A DNA stretch of 63,305 nt, the filler included, from Kipferlia bialata (taxonomy: Eukaryota): NCBI GenBank assembly GCA_003568945.1. It is 4 parts of 4 records of this genome, joined end to end, with 100 filler letters (N's around TTAATTAATTAA, not from the genome) between each part and the next. Parts side by side here need not be neighbours in the genome. Positions count along the whole stretch, not along the records: positions 1 to 24,140 come from BDIP01000235.1; 3 more parts are not named here. One strand, given 5' to 3'. Positions 1-13,800 of the stretch are shown here, piece after piece. Made by a program: the position numbers and the translations under genes. A model generated the notes under the pieces. The model did not search any database and had not been told where the DNA came from. It saw only the letters and a list, made by a program, of their open reading frames with translations. Numbering within the stretch: the first letter of the stretch is position 1; every line of letters starts with the position of its first letter.

Positions 1-10
1 GGTATCTCTC

Positions 11-58
<48 letters not shown>

Positions 59-64
59 CCTTAG

Positions 65-1300
65 GCTCTTTAGCTTCTTGGCAGTGGGTACTGTACTCTA
101 TACCCAACTACTTGAAGGGATATATATACTATATAGACACACATCTCTCTCCCTCTCTAATAGTTATCTTTGCTTCGTGGCAGTAAGTATTGCATCATCT
201 CTCTAACTCTACACATACTTGACAGATTTCCCTCTATTGTGGTAATATCCACCCGTTTCCAACTCCTTTGGAGCTGGTGGTTTGACTATCTGTTCTAGAG
301 TATATATATGTGTATATGTATTGTGTGTATTACAGTGACTCTCTCTTCATTTTTGTATATTTCATAACATATATGAATGTATTATAGAATGACTCTGTCC
401 CCTAGAGCTAATGGGTGAGAATTAGTATGAATACCGTATTTTTCATGCATGTATATATATATATACATATAGGTATATTACGTTGCCTCTGACCACTAGA
501 GCTTGTCGGTTACATACTTATATATATACATATATATATACATTGCTATATTTACATGTTATATTGACTCTGACCCCTAGAGCTAGTGGGTGTGACAGCT
601 GCCGACCGAGGCAAGGTTGGGTTCTCAGAGAGAATACTGGCCAGATCCAAGGTACATGTATATTGTATATAGAGACAGTACACTATACTATATATATACT
701 ATATATATATGTATGTATATATATATATATATACTATATGTATATATACTCAGAGAGAATACTGGCCAGATCCAAGGTGAATTGCACTTGATTATATATA
801 CACACATATTTATGAAATGTACATTTGTCTACACTACTATATTGGCGAATACTAGTCAGATCGAAAGTGAACCAAGGATATATATGGAATGAAATTACAC
901 TCACCCTCAGCAGTGGTCCAAGGATATGTATAGTGTAGATATGTATATATACTGTATATATACTATATAGATAGATACTCTTACCCCCAGCAGTGGTCCA
1001 AGGAGTATGACGCAGATGAGTACCTATTGTACTTGTATATATACTGTATGTATACTATGTATATACTGTATATATACACTCACCCCCAGCAGTGGTCCAG
1101 GGAGTATGACGCAGATGAGTACCGCGAGATATATATGTCATATTATACTATTAATATATACATTTATATATGTAGTGTATAGAGTATACATTATACACAT
1201 GTACTCTTACCCCCAGCAGTGGTCCAGGGAGTATGACGCAGATGAGTACCGCGAGATGAATGTCGAGATGGGATTCGTCGGCGGGTTCGAAGGTGTGTGA
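65..1300 (+). CDS. 3' part of a multi-exon hypothetical protein
   Basis: Exons at about 65-87, 581-651 (LVGVTAADRGKVGFSERILARSK) and 1217-1300 (QWSREYDADEYREMNVEMGFVGGFEGV*) have GT..AG boundaries. The last two splice in phase. No family recognised; the 5' end lies outside the window. Confidence 0.6.
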
Positions 1301-3031
1301 GTGTGTTGTTTATACTCTCGTAGACAAGCTTACCCTTTATAGTATAGTCAATATCCTCTATACGCCCTCACCACAGCTGAGCACAACTATATCATATACT
1401 TGCATATGTGTCTCTCTCCATTGTACTGTATCATATACCCCCTCACCACAGCCGAGGTCGAGGACTGGTCAGGGGTGCCATTTGCATTCATGTTCTGATC
1501 ATGACAAGACTATTAAAGACTTGTCAAGACTAGTAAAGACCTGTCAAGACTTGTCACATTGGTGGTGGTGCGTTGTCACACTCTGTAGTGAAGAGTGTTT
1601 GGAACATATCTCTCTTGTGTGGGAGATGTGGCCTTCTTTCTGATATTTTTAGACATAACATCAATAGAATATGCTTGTCGATCAATACCCGTCTAGGAAG
1701 GATAACCCCTCATCGCGTCACAGAGGTTGCTATTGCAGAGATCAAAACGAACCCTCCACAAATTCTAAACCAATGAACCGGAGAATTAGCGGAAGAGTCG
1801 ACTTGATCAAATGAGGGTCACTTCCCCGTCTCTCCATGGGGAACACTCTAGGCTAGACCCTACCTGTACTGCTTAACTGAGGGTGGATTCAAGGTGTGTT
1901 GTTTGCTCTCTGTGTCATTTAATACGCCCTATCCAGTCTCTCTCTCTCTCTCTGTATTTGTGCCGGTCATCAGTAGTACTATATCTACCCCTTCCTCTCT
2001 CGCTCTCTCTGTGCGTGTCGTGTATATTCGCAATACACACACACCCTCTCTCTGCATGTGCAATGTATACCCCAACTCTACTCTCTCGCTCTCTGTCTCT
2101 CTCTCTGTGTCAGCCACGTGTACCACCCATCCACTCTATCTATCCTTCTCTCTGTGCCTGCCGTGTATTCACCTCATCTCCCCCCAACACACACACTATC
2201 TCTACCTATACTGTGTACACACGACATGTATCTACTCTCCAGGAGAGTCTCTCCTCCCTGTCTCTGCCTCTGTCTCCCTCTCCCTCTCTGTCTATGCCTG
2301 CCAGATACATACCCTACAACTCTCTCACTGACTCTCTCTCCGTGCCATATCTTTTTCTCAGTCCATATAGTGCACCTCTCTTCTATGTATTATTATATGC
2401 ATGTAGTGTACACTCATGCCTGCTCTTCCATTTCCCATTCTCCCCCCAAATCTTGCTCAACATTTTCGTTGACACCAGGCTCAATCGATTCCCCAGTGCC
2501 CCTGGTCCAGGCCTGGACCCTACACTCACGGTTCAACCAGGTATAGTTAGTGTATCTCATTGGTGTATCCTGTGTAACTCTCGCTGGTCTCAGACTATCC
2601 CTGGCTCTCATCCTCTCTCTGCCCCCCCCCCCCTCCATCACCGTGGGTCCATCAGCTTCTCTCTCTCTCATGTATTATCTGCCCATCCCCTCACACTTGC
2701 CTCATACCCCCCTCTCTCTCTGTATGATACAGAATTGTGAATGGTGTGATACAGAGTCTGTATCACACCATTCACAATTCTCTCCATACTCACCCCGCCC
2801 CCACGTCTCTCTCTCTACCATAATATCCCATATGTATACCCTCCACTCTATCGCTTGGTATATGCACTACCCTCTCCACTCTCACCCAGTACTATAGCCT
2901 ATAGTCTATAGGTGCCTCCCTCTCTCTGACCCCCCCCCCCCTGAGTCCACTGGGAATCCCCCCCCTCCTCGATACTAACAACTCATGTTGCTTGTTACTG
3001 TCCATGTATATATATGCGTCTCCTGACCCAG

Positions 3032-5143
3032 GAACCCGTCCACAGGCATGTCTCAAGGAAAGGAATCTCGCAAGGTATCAATGCTGTTCTGATATGCTAA
3101 TCAACCTCAAAGTAGTATCCACATAACGTCTAATCCCAGCAGCTCTTCCAGATTCCGAACATCCTTGGCTCAAACCACTCTTCTGCTATTGAGAATGCCC
3201 TTCTACGGGAGTACCGTACTCAGTACGGACTTGCCATGCACTCCACGCCAGTCTTAGCTGGAGTCAAGTACGGACCAGACCCGACACCAATGCTGTCGGC
3301 GCGCAGATCAGCCCGTCTCCCCACCACCTTTGCGTCCAATGTGCCAGTGGGGTCGGCTCTCTCTGGTGAGGAGTACCGGAATGGCGACATAACCGCCCTT
3401 CTGACCCACTTCTGGACTGCCAACTCCTTACCGCTCTCAGCAGCCACCCGACTCATCCTGAAGACAGGCCGGACTCGGAAGGTTCCGGAAAGTGTGGAAG
3501 GGACCCCTGAAGATTCAGATAAGGCAGCAGGGAACCAGCCTGGTATCTGTATCCGTATCGATTGGCTTGTTGTGTGGCAGATTGGGGAGGAGCTGTGGCT
3601 ACGCACTCAACGCGAGGAGGGATTCAGCGTTCCCAATTACCAAGAGGTGTTTGTCACGCTATATCACCTTCTCTCCACGGATGATGGCGGTCCGGTTCCA
3701 TACATTGAGCACGGTATTGGCAGATTCATGCCCATCCTCAACGTGGTGGCTAAGAACACGATCACTGGGAACCACGAACTGCTAAAGTGTGACCGCGCCA
3801 AGGCAGCACTGGCACTCTTTGGAGTGCAATCCGCCTGGCTGGCTGGGTATCGTGCCGCAGTCCAGCTCCTTGAGCACACCGAGATGCAGAGTAACATCGC
3901 ACTTGGCTGTGTGTCAGTCAGTGTAGGGTATGCACCTAGTAAGAGGCCAGACAAACAGAGGGGTCACGCGGAAGCATTTGCACCGGTCCCCATCTCTACG
4001 GAAGATACCACACTCCAGATTTTGTCTCACGATCTCGGTCCCCTCGAGAAGCCACAGGACCTTGAAGTCTTATGCCGCAAAGTGATGAGGTATGACTGCT
4101 AATAGTATGTGTAGTGAAGGTGGTTTCCTGTAGGTAATACTTGGCTGTCTGTTGTATAGTGTATGACCCTCAACCAGGTATTCTCTGCTGCACTTTGCTG
4201 ATGTGCTCCCAGCTGCCACTAGGCCAGCTGTGCCTCCACTTGTGCCATTCTTCTTCGATCCTTTGTACCCTCTTCCTGTGCCAGGCAAGGCTTCAAAGAT
4301 ATAGAATAATGCATATTTCTCCATATTTTTGAAGCCCTAATGCCAGGCTATGCCCACTGGTATGGTGAGCTGACAGAGAACCAGCAGAGGTTCTGTGACT
4401 TTGTGGAGAGGCGCACCAACCTTTGTGCTAATACAGAAGACACCGGGTCCCGCTCTCGGACTAGAGTGGTGGGCCTCACCAAACTAGCTGACGGCACAAA
4501 GTGGGTGGCGACTATGATGCGCCAGAAGCCTGGTAGGTCCACCAGTGGCAGGAGAGTCAACCTAGAGCTGCGTGAGAGTCTTTTCGAGCAGGGTGCACCC
4601 GATGGCCCGACCTGCCCTGTGCTTCAGTGGGAGTGGTGTGGCGAGTACAGCACGATCCTCACCAGGTGGATGGAGAGTGTCCCACCCACGGCCTCTCATA
4701 TTCCATCGCTCTGTCGAAGTGTCCAGGCGGTGCATGACACGGGATACACCCACGGGGATCTCCACGCAGGCAATTTCCTGTTTGGGGAGTGTGATGGGAA
4801 CCCCGTTGTCAAGGTCATCGACCTCGACAACGCCTACACTCCTGGAGAGAAGGACTATTCCCCATCCGATCTGAATGTGTGCGACTTCTTCCCTCGGGAT
4901 CGCATCTTCTTGGACGGTGAGCCTGTGCCAGTGAATGAGATTGACAGCATAGATCTGGACATCCTGTGCTGTCTTCACATTGCATGCGAGCTGTCGAGTG
5001 ACATTCTCGGCATCGTCGAGGACATATACACCATGTCACTCACGGACCTTTCCGCGTACTTCACGGACCATGACATGCTACCCGATGTCGATGGGGTCCT
5101 TACACAGGTGGCCGAGAGGGCAGAGGAGCTGGATGCTCTTTGA
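3032..5143 (+). CDS. Spliced protein with a putative PD-(D/E)xK-like N-terminal domain and a C-terminal protein-kinase-like domain
   Basis: Exons 3032-3074, 3140-4089, 4178-4284 and 4347-5143 join in frame through GT-AG introns 3075-3139 and 4090-4177 and a GC-AG intron 4285-4346. Kinase catalytic loop HGDLHAGNFLF and metal-binding VIDLD are present. The N-terminal nuclease-fold call is weak (RIDWLVV...PILNVVAKN). The start is uncertain. Confidence 0.65.
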
Positions 5144-6752
5144 GGATCATGATCTTTGTAAATCTTAGAATTAGATCTAACGATTCTAGGATTAATCAAA
5201 ATATTATAGAGAATTATATATGAATTTTGAGAGAGAGCTGGATTCCCAGGGAAGGCTAAGCCTAAGGCTTCACTGCAGTCCTTCCCCGAAACTGGTTCTG
5301 CGTGAGCATTCGGGCCACATCGGATGTGCCAGTGCGGGTCACTACGAAACCGACACAGCCTAGTGGGCTGAGCAATTCAGAAGTATGCAAGGTGTTCCAT
5401 TCATGATGAATGGGTCTTGGATCTGTAGCAATTGGGTTGTGACTCTGCCACTTGTCCTAGTGGGAGGGAATAGCTGATGAGCAAGAAAAGGGCATATATT
5501 GAGGACAGTCAGAACACGAATATATAGTGCACTTACTGTGGCGTTGTTAACAACCAATAATCAGGTGGCTGAGTATATATAATGGACAGCACAGTAGTCA
5601 CTACAGGAGGCTACTGACACCAATTACTATAACCTGCCAAGGTCTATTAGTACTAATAGTAGTATAGTCTATTATAGACTAATGCTATGTATATTGAGTC
5701 TACGGTGCCATGGCCCTCAAGCCAGCCTCTCAGCTCCTTAGTAGAGTAGATCCCAAACCACATCAACCCTGGGTGCCACTCCCCACCCTCTGGCTATCTG
5801 CACCAAGGCCCGGGACACACACACACGATACTTACACTTTCTCACCGTCGCTAAGTGACCGAGAGATGCAATATGTATTATAGATACTCATAACTAAGTC
5901 TCAGACAAATATGCAATGCTAATATGTACCAAGTCAATGTATACTTGCATACCCAGACACTGCTATACCCTGTCTTTAGGGGCAGGAGCGGTGCACAGGG
6001 GCCCCGTAAGCCTCAAAGTGCAGCAGAGAGGCTTGCTCTGGGGCAAAAGCGACCCATGTGGGGAGAGCCCAAAACCGACGGCTAGATATCTGTTAACCGA
6101 CGGTTCTGGGGGAAGTAACTTCCCCCAGCAATCGTGGCAAACCAATACTTCTACATAGATCCATCTACACCATCTACACCATCCACACCATCTACATCAT
6201 CAGTTCGGCTTCCAAGTCTTCCGATAGCTATACTACGCTATTTTGTGGATAAGTGTCGAATGTACAATAAGACTTGTTGGTGTGCAAGCGTTCACATGGA
6301 CGGAGTTGTTATTGTATCTGAAGCCGTCTTGGACCTCCAACCCCCCTCTTCCCCCCGCTCTCCCACCTCACTAGAGTAGGATGGTACTGTATTCGTATCT
6401 ATCCTATACCCCTCTCTGTGGGGGTCACATTCTCCTCTTACTCTCTATATCCTATAATATTCAGTGCCTCCTCTACCATATGCCACCCCCTGTTTCACTG
6501 AGCTCTCTTTGTTGCCCTGTTGCCTCTGTCAGACTGAGGCTCTGTCTAACACACAGATACTCATTAATCAGTACATGCGGGCTCCGCTCTATAATATTAT
6601 ATGCCAACGCCCCAACACAATGTCTTGTCTGGGGGTACCCTTGCCCTCTCTCAAGTATATCATGTCCAATTATCCTCATAAATTCTCTGCACAAATTGTG
6701 CCACAATACGCAAATAATACAACTCCCTCACGTAGATTCCCTCCTTACCCAG

Positions 6753-7600
6753 CACACCACCGCTCTCTTGGATGTCGGAAGAAAGCCCCCAGAGTGAGTG
6801 GGTGACACGTAATCCAATAGCCTATGCTGTATTGTCAGCGTTTAGTGGTGGCGTGGACAATAAGCAACTCAGAGCGCAAGAAAGACCTTCACAAGGAGTT
6901 CCTTACGCCAATCACACTTGAAGCATCCCATAATGTGAAGCGGTGGATTGGTAACTTCGGATTGGAAGAAAGGAGTGATTCAGATTTACTGCTAGGAGTA
7001 GATCTGAGTAAGGCAGAGACTGAGATCCTCTCCCTTCTTGACCAGCTAGAGCTGTACTGCACAGGTGACCTGTTCGATGCCATTCAGAAGTTTAGGGGTG
7101 ACTGGGAGATGAGCAAGACGCTGACGTCTGAGTTTGGCCCATACGACGAGGCATATAAGGCCAAATCAGAGGCACTCCTCGAGTCCCGAGGGTCGAGAGT
7201 TCTACATGAGCATGAGAAAGCCAAGGAACTTGACCGTATACTAGAGCACTCCAAGGTTCACGCCACGACTAGGTCGTTCTGCCCTATTGTGGTTCTTATA
7301 ACACTGCAAGACAGTCTCCAACTGAACCTCTGCAGTCAGATGGGGACGCTCACCCGAATCAGGACTAAGACTTTGAGTCAGCATTCGAAGGAGACGGCCG
7401 CTATGAGGGGGGCCGGGCCTTGGTTGCAAAGGGCGAGGAAGGGGCTCTCTGAGCAGGAGAAGAAGAGGGTGGCAGCTGTGGAGAAGAGCCAGAGGAAAGA
7501 AGTGAAGAGGCATGAGAGGACAATGGCGCAGCTGACTGCGAAGAGGGCGAGACTCACAGAGCATATCCACAGAGTGGACCCCCCCATTCCCACAGTTTAG
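6753..7600 (+). CDS. Hypothetical helical/coiled-coil protein
   Basis: Open frame 6824-7600 has a charged coiled-coil C-terminus (EQEKKRVAAVEKSQRKEVKRHERTMAQLTAKRARL). A likely upstream exon at about 6753-6793 ends in a GTGAGT donor, with an acceptor at 6838. The start is not resolved. Confidence 0.55.
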
Positions 7601-7927
7601 AGTTATATATGACATACTGGTACTAGACCAGTACTGCTAGGCCTATACGTATTTGAGCAATCATAGATTCATACCTGTCATACACCCTAAATACGGTAGT
7701 AAATTGTGACCCTTTGTCCAGTGACATAATCCAGTCATACTGTAGTGTCAGTATCTGGTAGTGTTTCTCCAATTGGCCAAAGATATGATATCAGAGATCT
7801 CTTAATGAACACTGCCCCTGGACTCTCTCTCCGATCACCTACAGTATGTAGAGAGTCACAACCACTTTGCGACAAGGAGTCTTCATATTCAATGGTTGCC
7901 CCGTAAGATCTACAAGTATACTCTACA

Positions 7928-8015
7928 CCATCTAGATCATCTAGACCATCTAGACCATCTAGACCATCTAGACCATCTACAGTGTAGATTCTACACCATC
8001 TACGCCATCTATTGT
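7928..8015. repeat. 9-bp tandem repeat CCATCTAGA/CCATCTACA
   Basis: About 6 tandem units plus degenerate copies; a related CCATCTACA array lies at about 6161-6200. Confidence 0.9.
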
Positions 8016-8116
8016 AGAGACCTCAGGAGAGGTGTTGGCTGGTACTGGTACTGCTGGGGTAGGCCAGGAGTCTGGACGGGCTGGGTGCCTGGGACCTGGG
8101 GATAAGAAGAGGAAAA

Positions 8117-8162
<46 letters not shown>

Positions 8163-9666
8163 TTGGGACTTGAAGATGAGGACTGATATAAGTATATATG
8201 TGTATGAATATTCACACCTGGATGCCTGCCATGGTGGGGTTGGTCTCATGCTGCATCTGAGGATCAGTGCCTATGTCGATACTCATACTAAAAATATATC
8301 ATACACAATAGAATGATACACAATAGTGACTATTTCAGGGTATACCTGTGATGGGACCTTGTGAGGAATAGTATATATATACATATCGTCACTCACATAG
8401 AGACACTGTGACACATAGAGACACAATTATATATCACAACATTATAATATGATATGTACAGTTCTATACCTGAGGTGGGACCTGTGGGGATACCATTGGC
8501 TGGTTATACAATGTGATACCATACATATTTATATATACATATATATATTAATATATCATACGTATACATATACTAATAATAGTACATACTATATATAATG
8601 ATACTATACCTGAGGTGGGACCTGTGGGGATACCATGTGCATCTGGGGCTGGCCAGCTGGCTGTGCCTATGTGTAAGCGAGAGATGGTATATTGTACATA
8701 TACAGTGTCTACAATAATGTGTATATACATATATATATATAATTATCCTCCATACCTGCATGGGCATCTGGGCATGTGAATATGGTTATAATCTAATATA
8801 TAATATAATGTAACTATATATATATATATAGTTATATAAAATAACAAATACATATCCCTATACTCCATACCTGCATGGGCATCTGGGGCTGGGGCTGGAC
8901 AGCTGGCTGTGCCTAGAGGTGAGGACATGTATATAAATGTGTATGTGGGGCTTATATATACATAACAATTATCTCAAATTAGAATGCATCTGGGCTGGAC
9001 AGCTGGCTGTGCCTACATGTAAGGGAGAGAGAGGGAGGAAGAGACGGATAATGAGATGGAGGGAGAGAGGGAGGGAGATCATCGTGATGTTCCCGGTTTT
9101 GGCTTCACGTCCATAATCTGCTGAGACCATCTTATCAATACTATGAATATATAATAATATTTCCTCATTTACATATAGGTCACATATACATATGAACCCT
9201 ACCTGCATGTGCACTAGAAAAAACATTACAAATACTATTGATATAAGTATTCACCTATGTATATATAATATTGTGTTGTATATGATTATATAAATACCTG
9301 CAAATACAATAATCCTATATATCACACATATATATCATATATATATCATATACACTATTATGTACACATATATATATATATATACCTGCATGGGCATGAG
9401 GTGCAGGGCTGGCATGGCCTGGGGGTAAGGAAGGGAGAAACAGGAAAGAAGAAAGAAGACAATACACAACACAAAGATAATAAGGGCCGGCTGAGCATCT
9501 TGGTCTATATATATAAACACATACAGAGTATACAATTTTACACAATTTGTAGACATCATACCCGTACCGGCTGCGTGATCTCCGGCATGAGCATCTTTGT
9601 CTGTATGAAGGACATCTGCTGAGACAGGGCAGAGATGGTTTGGGGGAGGGAGGCAACCTAGGTGTA

Positions 9667-9709
<43 letters not shown>

Positions 9710-10139
9710 ATAGAGGGAGAGAGGGCAGAAATGGTCTGGGGGAGAGAGGCAACCTGGGGGTGAGGGGAGAGAGAGCAGGGGACAGAGAGGGGGGGGAGGG
9801 GGGGGGGACCTGAAGGGAAAGAGTACAGAAGAGAGAGGAATGAAGAGTATTCGAAGAAGAATAGGTCACATTCAGGAGTTAAATGTATGTACTTTTGAAT
9901 ATATGCATACCTGGGAGTACAGAGCCTTGACCACCCTTGACTGCTATATATATATATATATATATACGTACACCATACATATATTATAGATATATATATA
10001 TATTCTTTACATATATACCTGTGAGTACAGAGCCTTGACCACCCTTGACTGATCAGCAATGATCTGCTGCTGTGCGGACACGACGGCATTGAGCTGTCCG
10101 ACACCCAGTCTCAGCTGCTCAAGCTCCTGACATAAGGGT

Positions 10140-10181
<42 letters not shown>

Positions 10182-10713
10182 AGAGGAAAGTGTAGGTAGA
10201 GGGGAGCGGGGGAGTACACTCGTAAAACATAAGATATATACATATCAAATAGTATATATATATATATATATAAATACTTATACACACCTGCTGCACTGCG
10301 GCGTCTGGGGCACTGGGTACAGGGGCCTGGGGCAGGGGCCTGGCTGCGTCTCTCTCTCTCTCTCTCTGGTCTCTGGCAGTGATCTCTGCCTCCAGTGATG
10401 CAACCTTGGCCTCGAGGGCTGTCTGCCTCTCTCTCTCTGCCTCTCTCTCCGCTCTCTGCCTCTCCTGCTCGGATGCCATGTCGGACAGTCTCTGCCTGAT
10501 AGTGAGTACAGTTAATAATACAATGATATGTTATAAGTACTAATATACACAGCATATAGAATATAGTGTTTAAACTCGTTCTTATACTCATTGAGATACT
10601 CATCCAGATATACATTATTATATAGCATACAATAATACCTCATCATGTGCCTCTCTGAGGATGTGGCTTGGACACCAGACTGATACATATACTCACACTG
10701 ATACTCATACCAA

Positions 10714-10744
<31 letters not shown>

Positions 10745-10844
10745 CATAATATACCTCATCATGTGCCTCTCAGAGGACGTGGCCTGCACACCAGAGAGCA
10801 CTCCCTGCAGAGACACCCTGAGGGGTGAGGGAGGGAGAGATAGA

Positions 10845-10884
<40 letters not shown>

Positions 10885-13800
10885 TACCATCCTCACCTCA
10901 TGTCGTCATGTGCCTTCCTGACCCCTGAGAGCTCCTCCTGCACAGCACCTACAAATCAGTATGGATATCATAATGTATATATAGTCAGTATGAGTATGAG
11001 TATGAGTATCACATACTATATCTACATATACAATAATATATACTACACATATTGATGTTGATACTGATACTGCACAGCACCTACAAATCAGTATGAGTAT
11101 CATAATGTATATAACGCTGACACTGACACTAATACCCTGAGCCTTCAATCAATAAATCAAAAGTAGTGAAATCAGTAACGGTAGCAGAACCAGTATCACA
11201 CACATATATATAATAAAAATTGATACTAATACTGATACTGTGCCTTCAAACAGTAATGGTGTACAAACATCACTCATGTGTGTCAACAGTGGTGATACAG
11301 ATACTGTACTGGTACTGTACCTTCCAGAGATACAAAGAAGTTCACGACGTATCAGTATCATAATTCATTCCTTATATCTACTATATATATATATATATAT
11401 ATTGACTGATACCTTCCAGAGATGCAAATGAGTCCACGACGTGTGTCTGGATGGCTGGGACTACGGTGGAGGCAAAGGCCTGGTGTAATTATTGGTGTAT
11501 ATAAGGAAAAGAAAACTAGACAACACATACATGGATAAATATACATATCATGTAGTCTGGATGACTGGGACAACAGTGGAGGCAAAGGCTGGTACCACAT
11601 GTTCTCTCTGTATATACCCACATATACATATACCCACATATACATATATATATATATAAGTATGTATATATATATACACTCATATTCATACCTTTGTGAG
11701 CCCTGCATCCACCATCTCTGGCACCACATGCTCTATGGACCTAGTGACAGTGGATGTCACAAAGTCTAGGGAGGCAGGGACAGGGGCTAGATGTGAGTGT
11801 ATGGCACTAGTAACATAGAGTACATGGGTATATATGGCTAGTTATATAAAGAAGATAATTCTAATGTGACACAAAGTCAAGGCAGGGAGAGGGGCTGAGT
11901 GTGAGTATAGGACGAGAAATACTTAGTAAGAATGTAAGAGTGTATAGTAATACAGAGTATATACACAAACACAAGTGGTACACTGTGTCACAAAGTCTAC
12001 GGAGTGAAAGCCACATGCCATGTTTAACAATGATATAGTAAGTGCGTGCAACTGACATATCCTTAAATCATAGAGTATACAATGGGTATATATATACCTC
12101 TCCTCACGTATATATATATAGAATATACAGTATAGTGAAGAGTGTATATAGTATAGTATAGTATATATTGGGTATACACTTTACCTCTCCGCATGTCATG
12201 GATACGCTGGGCAAGATCCCTGTGGGTGGCCTCAGTGCCCTAATATTAGTGTCTGCCTATATACATATATATATACATAAATAAATATACATGTAAATGA
12301 GTGGCCTCAGTGTCCTAGAATGAGTATTCAATAGTATATATATGATATATATATGTATGATATATATATGAATATATAAATATATTCAAAATATATCCAT
12401 ATGTGGGTGGCCTCAGTGCCCTAGAAGTGAGACACACTATATATATTGAATATATGCATATATGTACATATACATATATACATATATTTATATACATGTA
12501 CATGAGTGGCCTCAGTGCCCTGGAAGTGAGACTACATATAAATATACCCATATATACACGTATATGTATTTATACACATGTGAATATGTGAGACAGACTT
12601 CGATGGAAAGTGAAGATACACAGACACGCACATGGGCCCTAGCCATATACACACACCCACAAATATACATATAGATATATACTTATATATATACGCACCG
12701 TGACCCTAGCTGCCAGTCCCTGGACGTCCTCCTTGGATGGCACCTGCAGTGTCAGTATAGGGTATGAATACACGTAAAGACTGCATACAAATCAAATATG
12801 AGAGTACCTGCAGAATCAGTGCCAGTGTGGAGTGTATCTGTATATATATACCAGCACTATTAGATATACCTGTGAGTGTATCTGGGTGTGCTGCTCTGCC
12901 AACAGGGCACGCACATATTAGGGCACGCACATCACACATGACACGCCGGGCAATGTCCTCTCCAGTCTCTCTCTCTCTCTCCTCCTCTGCTACTCTCTCC
13001 ACATCCTTAGTGGGTGGCACTCCCACTCCAGCTGTGGTAGCTGCAGTGCCTGCAGTGAGTATCAGGATCAGTATCTATAGATATTGATAGTGAGTAACTA
13101 GAGAGTTAACTATAGTATATATAGTACCTAGAGACCCAGACACAGACACAGTGACAGAATACAATAATACTATAGTACTAAAATACTATAGTACACTATA
13201 CTATACCTATTCTACCTAAAAGACTTATAGTATAAATAGTATATACTATACCTAGAGACCCAGCGACAGTGACAGAGACAGAGAATAATACTATAGTGTG
13301 ATATACCTACAGTACATATAGAATATATAGTATATATACTGTATAATAATGTAATACCTCTAGTACCTAGAGATATTATAGAGATACAGTATATAGTATA
13401 TTACATAGTATACTATACCTAGAGACCCAGCCACCGTGACCGAGGCAGGCATGGGCAGGTGGGAGGGGGGCCTCTGCCTAACCACAGGCACCTCTGAGGC
13501 AGTGGTAGTCTCTCTCTCCTCCTCTCTCTCTCTCTCTTCCTCCTTGCTGCCGGTGCCTGTCCCCCACACATCCACTGCGCCCCCAGAGACAGGCAGAGAC
13601 ACAGACACAGGGGAGGTAAGGGACTCAGGGACACGGGGGGGTGGGCCTCCCGCTACTGTACCCACAGTGGTAGTGGGCCTGGCTAGAATAGTAGGCACAT
13701 TAGGCACAGTAGGTACTGTAGGGAGGGAACCCTGTGTGAGGTGCTCAGGTACGGCAATGGAGGCGGGCAGCACAAGGGGGAGGGGCAGGGTGCTGGGGGC

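Noticed and set aside
483..2897. ORFs rich in YI/IY, SL/LS and HT dipeptides (common through 8-24 kb)
   Set aside because: Translations of (AT)n, (CT)n and (AC)n intronic microsatellites.
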